Source: Podarcis cretensis
Lineage: Eukaryota
NCBI GenBank assembly: GCA_951804945.1
Contig: OX638156.1
Coordinates: 49,910,001-49,974,000, forward strand
Reading direction: 5' to 3'
DNA length: 64,000 nucleotides
Position numbers and translations under genes: made by a program. This document shows positions 23,290 through 64,000 of the stretch, one piece after another. How positions within the stretch are numbered: position 1 is the first letter of the stretch; every line of letters begins with the position of its first letter. The notes beneath the pieces were generated by a model. It was not told the DNA's origin. It was given only the letters and a program-made list of their open reading frames with translations, and made no database searches.

Positions 23290-26200
23290 CTGTGGAAAGA
23301 AAGAGGCACACAGTGAAGCCAAAAGGCCCAATGCACCCTGCCCCACATTCCTGACAGGGAAAGACACCTCACACTTGACTTTCATCCTTGTTCTATTTTT
23401 TTCCAAGTTACGGTTTTACATTTTTACCTACAGTAGTATCCAATCCACTCATGGTTGTAGCATGAGGAGTGACAGCTGCACAACAGACTCCCCCACATCT
23501 TCTCCCCCCCATAATCTGTTATGGGGTTCCCCCAACTCTTTGGAGAAAATTTGGGAAGGCGTAGGACACATGCAGGGGGAAATATTGCTACACAACCATA
23601 AATCGTTGTGCTAGTGGAACAAGTTCCTTAAAGCTACACTGGATAGCACTGGCCACACAACTTTTGCCATTGGGAGGAAATAAATAAGCCCAGAGAAGAT
23701 TCTTCTGCTGGCCCCAGAAGCCATCATGGCCTGCTGCAGACTCTTACTTCTTGCCTCAGGTGCTCAGCTGGGAGCACAGGCAGCCAACAGAGAGGACAAC
23801 AAGTGCGGGAAGCCCATAAGAACACTGAAGCCCAGAGCAGAGCTGCTCACCCGAAGGCCACGGGGGTTCAAGACCTTGGGATTCCGGGAAAAATGCATGT
23901 GGATGCTGCCATCATCATCCACGCTCACTGCCACCTTCTTAAGTGTCTTGTTCCCGCAGTGGGGGCAGAAGAGCCGGGTCGTTTCTGATGTGGTTCTGGA
24001 GGAAAGCAGAGAAGCCAGGTCAGCAGCCTGACAACCTTGGCAGCAGCCCATTGCCCAAGCCCAGGGGGCACCTCCTGAATACGGCTAGACACAGGCCCAG
24101 CTGTTGCCCATATGCCAGAGATTGCAGCCCAGCCACCAACTCATCACATACTTGAAGCAGCCGTGGCAGCGCAGGACGTAGCTCCGGGTGTGCCGGATCA
24201 GCATGCCATTGACTGCCAACACATGCAGGCCCATCTGCAGCAGAATGTTCTGTGGGAAAGAGACCAGAGAAGGGGAAGGGAGCCCAATCAGCACCCATGA
24301 TGCTGGTGCAGGGCAAGTCCCTCTCAACAGACTTTGGATACTCCATCGGCTGGGGTCTTGGAAAGGGCTGGAGCTAAAATAAGGCAATGCTTGCTCTCCT
24401 TTTTAAAAAACACAAAATGCTTGCTCTTCTTTTGCTGCTGGGCTGACCAAGCTTCTCCAGTTGAAAGAGAGTCCCCAGTTTCCTCTCCTTCAGGTCTGCC
24501 AGGTTGCTCAACTCGGAGCACAAAGGGCTGCTTCCCCTCTCCCCTTCCTGTTTTTGTCCCACTGCCTGTTTGCCTTCAATCCACCTCCTGGAGCTTCTCC
24601 TCTCTTTCTCTCATCCCTCTGCTCTTCACCTGGCCACTTCCATTCCCTCTTCTCAGCTTCCTGCTGCCACCCAAGTCACCCCTTGCTGCTCATGAGCCAC
24701 CCTTTCTGTCCCTCCTATTCTCATCATGTTCTTCCAACATAGACCATAAAACCTCTGCTAGGCCTCCAGGAAGCCTGGACTAGGCAGCTGTAGCAGGCAC
24801 AAGAATGTAGCAGGAGGCTTACAGGACTAGACTGGATGCATGGAAGCAAGGACGAAAAGGTAAGCATACATCCTTCTCCCTCCCCTCAAGCCCTGGGGAC
24901 CACCTGGTCTCTCACAGCCCACACTTGCCTGCATGGCAAAGTCGGTGGTGACACAGCCAACCTGCACACCAGCTGGCTCATCAGCCTGGCCCATGCCCTG
25001 TTGGATCTGCTTGATGTTGCTAGGCGTGATCCAGCCTTCCTCGTCATTGCTGTCCTCTCCACTCTGCTCCTCCTCCTCACCACTACTCTTGTTGCCTTTG
25101 GGGTCCTCCGGCACAATAACAACAGCATCCGCTTTCTGCGAAAAACAGACCAATTGGGAGAGGATCCGCTGAGCACGGAACCTTCCCAGGCTGCAGAGAT
25201 GAAGGTGGTGCCTGTGTCCCAGTGAGGCAGGAAGAAAGGAAAGAATGCTAGACTTCTTACCAGCAAGTCCTGTAGGTCCTCCTCAATGCTGGGCAGAGGG
25301 TTCCTCCAGAACAGGAAGGAACCAAACTCAGAGGTTTCAGGGCCTGTGGAGTCTGCAGAGTTTCTGCTTCCCACCATGGAAGGACTCTTCTCACCTCCTG
25401 GGCACTTGGTCTAGAAGAAAAGTTGGGCAGAAGAAAAGCTGACATGTATGAATTGCCAGAAGAAACAGTCATATAGAAGCTCCAGATTGCTTACACTGAC
25501 TGACAGCAATGACTCTCTGGGGTGTTTACCTGGAGATGCTGGCTGGGATTGAACCTGGGACCTTTTGCAGGCAAAGCAGGTGCTCCACCACTGAGCGATT
25601 TGCCCATCCTCCATGGCCCTCTTAGAAAAGCCGTGTGTGGCTACCTCTTCCTTTAGGCTTCTGGTAGAGGCCGAATGGTCACTGGATCCTCACACAAGCC
25701 AAGGAGGAGATGCTGCCTATCAAGGACTCCCAGCACAAGGGCTCAACTGGCACACCTGGTCATTCCCAGATTACACCCCGTGCAACCAGGAGGAGGGGAG
25801 GGACAGTGAGTCATCAAGGTGTGCTACCCTCTGCTCATACTCCTTCCATGAATAGTGGGGCAGAGTTTCAGATTGCTCACAGAGGCAATTACCTTGGAAG
25901 GTAGATGGAAGCCAGCAACGTGAACAGGTGTCTCAGGGTGCTGCTTTGTTGAGCTGAGTTTTACCTGCAAGGATCCAGGGTGGGGAGAGAAAAGAAAGTG
26001 GGATGTGGGTCAGGAAGGGCATAGTGTTGATTTTTGCAGCAGCAACCTCACAAAACCTACCATCCCAGAGTCTGATCAGCTTTTGAGCAGTAATGGCAAG
26101 AAGAATGGCATTCAAGACACAGCAGAGCATAGGACAGGATTCAGGCAGTGCATAATCAGTCTGTTTGGCATTTGCAGCAGCAGGAAACAGACATAGACAA

Positions 26201-28122
26201 AACATAGGTTGCTAACACATGCAGCTGGTGGCAAGAGTGTCCTGCATTCATGTGGAACTGGATTGCCCCCTCCTACTGGATAGGAAGAATATTGCAACAA
26301 GGGGCCTCCTCAATCAGCCACAGAGGGAGTTGACTTCCCTCCTCACTGGCAGAAAGAACCCTTTTCAATTGCCCTGGGAGTGCACAGATGAAAGGTAGGA
26401 GCAAATGCTGACATGAGCCAGAGGAACAAGGGCTGCAGGGTCATTTACACAGCATCTCTGTCCAAGCAAGGAAATATTATCTGGGCCCCAACTAGACAGT
26501 AATGCCTGTGTCCATCCCACCACTTGGTTCCTGGCATTATCCATCTGGTCAACACCCCCCCCCACTTCCCTAATTTCCCCTTCTCTTGTGTGTCTTGTTT
26601 TTTAAAGTGTGTAAGCCTAAGGGCAGGACCTCTCTCTGTCTGTCTTTTAATTAATGTGAGTTGTTTGGAAGAAAACATTTGCCTAAAAAGCAGGATACAA
26701 AACCAACATCATAGTAAATAAATATTTTGCTGGAAAAGGCCCCTTCAAAAGAGAAATAAGAAAAGAAGGAAGATCCACCTTCTGCTCTGGCTCTTTCTTC
26801 AAGTGAGCCACACCAACATTTTCTGCTTCCAGCTGGTAGGTCAAGGCCAGGACTTGGATGTCTGTGGCTGAAAGACTGGTGTAGTCACCCGTCTTCTTGG
26901 AAAACTCTGTCACTAGAAACAAAGGAGGATTTCAGTGTTCAAGCCCAGAGGCAAAACTAGGAAATCACAACCGGTCATGAGGAAAAAGTGCTTCTCTAAT
27001 TCCAGAGGGCACCAGGAAAACACATCAAAGAGCAAGTAACAATGAAGCAATTGTAGGTGATCAACTTGATTTCTACTCCTAACCGCGTGTGTGTGTGTGT
27101 GTGTGTGTGTGTGTATCACATGTTAGCTGGGGTTATAGTCAACAAAGCCCCACCCAGAGTAGATCAATTGAAATTAATGAAAATAAGTCATGTCCATTAA
27201 TCTCGATGGGTCTACCCTGAGTAGGACTAGAATTGAATACCACCCTTTGCTCTCCAGTCAAGAGCTCAAAGTTACTTACAAAAAGAAAAAGGCAAGTCAC
27301 GGAAGAGGGGATGGGGTGGGAGAGGGGCAGGAAGCACAGACCACGAAATAGAGGCTACTCACCAAGCCTTACATATTCAGGAAAAGGCTGCTTGAAGTGG
27401 AGCTCATAGGGCAGCACTGCCAACCGCCTGCGGGTCTCCTTGTCTCGGATCTCAGTCACCACCTCTCGGATTGTGTAGATGTTCTTGCCAATGTCCTGCC
27501 AGTGGGGAAGACACAGCTGAGAGCTGTTGCAAGTGGGTCGGGAACCTGAGGGCTGGAAGGGGGCCGGGCCAGGGTGTGTGCGCGTGCAACTAGGTTAGGG
27601 AAGAGAGAGGCAGACCTATAGCCACACTTCTCCTGACCTACTACTCACATTCTAGGAGCAAAAGCTAATCTGGGGGTTCTGGGATGCCCACATACCGAGA
27701 AGCATAACAGGGCCACCTGCAACAAGGGAGGAGACACCAGGAGTCCCATGCAACATTCTGAGGAGCCACCTTGGCTTGGTAGGCGGGTGTGTGTGTGTCC
27801 CTTCCCAACTGCCTGAAGCTGTCAAGGGATAGGGAACAATCTCCAGGCCCACAACCCCAATCTGCCATGCGCCGTAAGGAGAGTCTCTGTCTAGCAGCTT
27901 TCTCTCTCTACTCGGGATGGCCTAATAAAAGTCTCCAGGTCCAACAAAAATCTACTTCAAAGTAAAGCATACACCTGGGCCTGTGGTCCTTTCTCGCGGG
28001 GCTCCCCAGTGGGCCACTGGCCAAGCTAGGCAGCCGTTCTCAGCCTTCTCCCACTGTACCTGAAGCGGGGCTCCACGCAGGAAAGCTCCAGCATCAGCCA
28101 CGACGTGCTCCACGGGAGCCAT
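23020..28122 (-). CDS. NOB1: NOB1 20S pre-rRNA D-site endonuclease (PIN plus Zn-ribbon), complete, 423 aa; complement(join(23020..23289,23851..23995,24152..24249,24929..25135,25261..25410,25893..25964,26779..26912,27363..27495,28060..28122))
   Basis: MAPVEHVVADAGAFL, TGDYTSLSATDIQVLALTYQLE, GWITPSNI, TTDFAMQNILLQMGL, Zn ribbon RCHGCFK...FCPHCGN, C-terminus RRRLNPNTASKKFVKKR; phases consistent. Confidence 0.97.
23851..23995 (-). CDS. NOB1: NOB1 exon 8
   Basis: TTSETTRLFCPHCGNKTLKKVAVSV...NPKVLNPRGLR. Confidence 0.94.
24152..24249 (-). CDS. NOB1: NOB1 exon 7
   Basis: NILLQMGLHVLAVNGMLIRHTRSYVLRCHGCF. Confidence 0.94.
24929..25135 (-). CDS. NOB1: NOB1 exon 6 (ends at a GC donor)
   Basis: KADAVV...DEEGWITPSNIKQIQ...CVTTDFAMQ|gcaagt. 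Confidence 0.88.
25261..25410 (-). CDS. NOB1: NOB1 exon 5
   Basis: TKCPGGEK...EFGSFLFWRNPLPSIEEDLQDLL. Confidence 0.88.
25470..25605 (-). mobile_element. Squam3-like SINE in NOB1 intron 4
   Basis: Reverse complement reads GCTCAGTGGTGGAGCACCTGCTTTGCCTGCAAAAGGTCCCAGGTTCAATCCC. Confidence 0.7.
25893..25964 (-). CDS. NOB1: NOB1 exon 4
   Basis: VKLSSTKQHPETPVHVAGFHLPSK. Confidence 0.92.
26779..26912 (-). CDS. NOB1: NOB1 exon 3
   Basis: TEFSKKTGDYTSLSATDIQVLALTYQLEAENVGVAHLKKEPEQK. Confidence 0.93.
27130..27245. mobile_element. Palindromic MITE-like repeat
   Basis: Imperfect inverted arms cccagagtagatcaattgaaattaatg / cattaatctcgatgggtctaccctgag. Confidence 0.5.
27363..27495 (-). CDS. NOB1: NOB1 exon 2
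   Basis: DIGKNIYTIREVVTEIRDKETRRRLAVLPYELHFKQPFPEYVRL. Confidence 0.94.
28060..28122 (-). CDS. NOB1: NOB1 exon 1, coding part
   Basis: MAPVEHVVADAGAFLRGAPLQ|gtacag. Confidence 0.93.
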
Positions 28123-28129
28123 TTTGCCC

Positions 28130-28620
28130 CACTTTAGACTGTGACTCCCAGGGCACTCTGGGAAGTGTAGTCTCCCCCCCCCGCTCTCCATTGTAGAGCA
28201 TGCTGGGAACTGTGAGCCTCACACAGGATAGTTCGAGGAAGAAAGGCATGCTGGGAGTTGTAGTTCCCCTCTAAAACCGGCCTTTCATCCTAGACTTAAA
28301 AAAGAATAGACAGAGCATTGCATTGTTTGAAGGCGGGCTTTTAATCTAATACTTTTGATGCCGCCCACCCGCCTCCAAAGAATCCCGGAGAAATAAACTT
28401 CTACTTCCAGTCCGACAAGACCTCATAACTTGGAAAGGGAACACGTGATTTCCACTCCTGCCTCATCCCGACAACCGGAAGTCGGAGCCCCTGCAGCCAC
28501 CGCTTCCTCCGCCTTTCCGCTCTAGCCGTCCTGGCTCCGTAGCCTCCCTTTCCACTTCCGAAGTATGTGTCACGTGACGTGTCACTTGTCACATGACCCA
28601 TGACTACAGGAGGTGGAAGT
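28130..28620. promoter_or_regulatory. NOB1/WWP2 bidirectional (head-to-head) promoter
   Basis: ZNF143/Staf-type motifs (28158-28171, 28199-28216, 28247-28264), ETS/GABP CCGGAAGT (28475) and ACTTCCG (28554), palindromic E-boxes GTCACGTGAC (28569) and GTCACATGAC (28588). Confidence 0.8.
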
Positions 28621-28645
28621 GGGAAGAAGCTGGGAACCGTCGCCG
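28600..28645 (+). other. WWP2: WWP2 non-coding exon 1 (start approximate)
   Basis: Consensus donor CCG|GTAAGT at 28646, just downstream of the promoter motifs. Confidence 0.6.
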
Positions 28646-30271
28646 GTAAGTCTGGAGATTTGAGGGTGGGAAGCGGGGGTTCTGGCCGTTGCTGTGATTG
28701 ACACATACAGATACCCACACCCGCTTGCTTGCTTGCTTGCTTGCCTGGCTTCCTTCTCTCCAACATTTTGAAAATCAGCGGGCAGCTTTAAAAAACAAAA
28801 CACTCCTGAGTTTCTCTTTTTAAAAACAAACAAACATTCGTTGTTTGTTTGTTTTTAGGGGTTGTTAGTTTCATCCCGCTTTTCAGGTTATAACAGCAAC
28901 AACAACCCTCGCCCCGCGAAGCTACAGAAAAGGCGAAGGTGGCAAATAAAGGGATGAAGTAGTCAGCCAAAACCTTTAGAAACGGAAGGCCTGAGCAAAC
29001 CCCAAATATTTTTGCTGTATGTGTGTGTATATAATGTCGACAGGCTTGGAAACCGCAGGCACCCTGGGTCTCCAGCCCCACTGCCTGCCTGCCTTGTCCC
29101 TTGAAAGCTTTAAAGAGGGCAGGGGTTGTCTCTCTGAGTACCTCAGCAGCTGAGCTCGTCTGTTCAGAAGGTGCCCTTAAGATACGTACTTTCTATGAGG
29201 CGGACTGCTCTACGGTGAAGAGGGCCTCAGGCCCTTTAAGGCAGACTACGTTAGCTTGCTGCCTGCCCTTCAGCAGTTTTGGACTACAACTCTCATCATC
29301 CTTAGCCAGTACAGTTGTAGTCCAAAACAACTGGAGTATACTAGGTTGGTGAGAGCAGTGTTCAAAACTCCCATTGTTTTAGGCACATTTTGTGACGGAA
29401 TTTCATTAGTGTGAACAGTTTCTGAGCTCTGGGCACAGTACTGCACCAAAGATTTCAGATTAAAACTGCGGAGTGGAAGGAAAGAAGGACCTTTTTCTGC
29501 CTCCCCACTTCCAGCTACTCTCTGAAGACTGGAGAAGAGACCCTCTTAAGAATACGGGGGGGGGGGTGAGCAGGGGAAGCAACAAACAATGTGAAAAATG
29601 AACATAATATTTTAGCTGCAGTTTGTTCATTTTCAGCTTTGCATTGTTATTTTAAAAGTGTGCTGTTGTTGCACCCACAACCTAGGTTTAAGATGCCATT
29701 TAGCTCCTAGCTTCATATCTCAGTTTCTAACACTGGGTAAGAGTTGCTTGCATATGACTATGGACACCTGGACTTATTTTTTGGCAGTCACTGTAGAGTT
29801 TTCCCCAGAGAGCTGGGCTGCCATTAACCTACTCAGCTGTGGGACAAATTGCTACGTTTTGTGCCAGTGGAAGTGTCCAGACGGTCTGTATAGGGTGTGC
29901 TTTTCAGTTGTGTTGCTCTACAGTGCCTTGCTGTATGATGAGGCTACATCAAACCATTGGGTGCCCTTCCTCCTTTTCTAAGGTACCCACAGAATAGGCT
30001 TTGGCTCTACTAGGGGCACCATGACGTTCCTTGGACACATGCAAGGAGGTTCATCCACTTATTTGCTTTGCTCAGATTATAGGGAAGTTTGTATTGCTTC
30101 TTTTATTGCGTTGCTTATTGTTTGGGATTCAGCTTTTCTGTTGGAACTGCTGTTTATGTGCTCACCATACATAAGCGCAAGGATTGAGACAGGTTTGCTT
30201 CTTGAATTGGCTGACTGCTGCAGCTACTTGTAAAGATTTACTGTAGCCTAAGTGATACTGTTTAAACAAAG

Positions 30272-30303
<32 letters not shown>

Positions 30304-31532
30304 GAATTGTGTAGATTCTTCCTGGTTGTGGCAAGGACTGCTGTGAGAAACATAGGGACTCTTTAAAGGAGCTCCAGAGAGTTCTACAAAGAAGTATGGG
30401 AGTATTTCACAAAGGAGAGACGACAGCTCTCTCTGTCATGCAGATAACAGCTGATGTAGAGACGTCATGAGGCATGTTGAGTGATTTTTGCCACTGCCTC
30501 TTGCATTGCTGTGTGTGAACAACTATTGGACTTCTTGTTTCCATCTTGCTCATTTTGTTGAAAGGAACTACCAACATTGATGTTCTCTGGGTACACTAGA
30601 ACTGTACCCATATGTGGGATTGATCTAACACCATCCACCTATAATTTACCTTATGTTCTGTTTAACTGAATTTTGGGCTCATTCTCAATGCATCTGAGAC
30701 CATGGAGGGAATGAAGTGAATTAGTATGTGTGTCACCTATCACCTTCACAGAGTGCTGGGTTTGAAGGAGAGTAATAAATATGCAATGATTGAATGTGTT
30801 AATGATTAGCTGACTTGGTTTGGTTCCTCCTGAGCAGCTTGCGTGGTTGCTAGACTCACACTCTGTTGTGAACCAACTCTGTCTTCCTGCTCTTGGAGAT
30901 CTGTAGCTAGTGCAAATCAACAAACTCACTCTTCTGTGGGGGATAGAAAGTGAGCGAGGAAACTCATTCAGGAGGGGGTGTTCCTGCTTCTTCTTCTAAC
31001 CTTACCTGCCCACTTGTCATTCAGAGACTTAAAATACAAAACTTTTTATGATCCAGAAGCTCAAGCATGAAGAAGTTCCTCCTCTTTGCTGAATGAAAAG
31101 TTCCCGTAGGGCTGCTGCTGCTGCTGCTGCTCCTCTTCATCAGAGCTTGCTGTGTGCAAACAAATGCTAGCAGTCCTTAACTGAGCTGTTCTGCACCCAC
31201 TTCCTCTTTGTGTCTGTGCTCTGAAGCTCACTTCTTCCTTCTGTCTTTGCTGTCTTACTCAGTGAGGGGAATTTCCCACTCTACCCCCTGGGGCCTGGTT
31301 TTTCCGGAACTGTTGCTGGATTGGGGCTTCTGATGGTTCTCTTCAAGGAGCTCTATCTGTTCCAGAATTCAGAACTCAACAACTGGAAAAGTTCTAAGTT
31401 TGGAGGGTGCAGTTATCTGTATGGTTGGTGAGAGCAAGGTATTTCCTGTCCTGAGCCAAACGGGCAAACTTAAAGAAGCAGCAGGAAGTAGCCAAACTCC
31501 TAGCATCTCCATCAGGCCATGCTAGCTGTGGC

Positions 31533-31647
31533 CATGGGCATAGCCAAGGAGGCGTGGGGGGCAACTGCCCCCAAGCAATACAAATCTGAGGTTCTGTCCC
31601 CCCTAACAAAAGCCTGCCCCCTAACAAAAACCCTGGCTACGCCCATG
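31533..31647. mobile_element. hAT-like MITE, same family as 18927
   Basis: TIRs CATGGGCATAGCCA / TGGCTACGCCCATG; flanks gctgtggc and tctgtggc. Confidence 0.7.
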
Positions 31648-31815
31648 TCTGTGGCAGATGGAAGGTGGAGCCCATAAACCAGGTTTCCTCCCATTCCCTA
31701 GTGCTGATGCTCCCAGCTCTGTGTCCAGTACCGGAACTTGGAGGAGACTCGCCCCAACTTTTCAGACAATGTGTCACCTGTTGCTCTCTTGCTTTCATAG
31801 GCATCCAGCGATGAA

Positions 31816-63853
<32,038 letters not shown>

Positions 63854-64000
63854 TGATCATACGCAGAGTGCATTTGCCTCATCAGTAAGTCACCGTGACG
63901 CAGGACCTGTTTGCAGGACCTTTTAGTTCTGAGGATCTGACTTCCAACCAGATGTCTCTCCCCACACTTAGCTGTCATTGTTATTAACACAGTCAGTGTT

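Overview
Vertebrate genomic DNA, almost certainly a squamate reptile (a full-length Sauria SINE, Squam3-like SINEs and lizard-type CR1 tails; probably a lacertid lizard). It holds the conserved syntenic block NFAT5(+) - NQO1(-) - NOB1(-) - WWP2(+). Present are the last five coding exons and ~4.8 kb 3' UTR exon of NFAT5, complete NQO1 (6 exons, 275 aa), complete NOB1 (9 exons, 423 aa, one GC-AG intron), a NOB1/WWP2 bidirectional promoter, and WWP2 exons 1-21 (C2, WW1-4, most of HECT; the gene runs off the right edge) with miR-140 in intron 16. All exon phases chain without frameshift. There is one 130-N assembly gap (53486-53615). I found no new gene system. The best leads are regulatory or isoform-level: an ARE right beside the NQO1 TATA box, an in-frame candidate alternative exon in WWP2 intron 8, a WWP2-N-type intronic stop, an overlapping uORF at the WWP2 start, and miR-140-3p seed matches in the NFAT5 3' UTR. 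Comparisons with human are from memory and need alignment to confirm.
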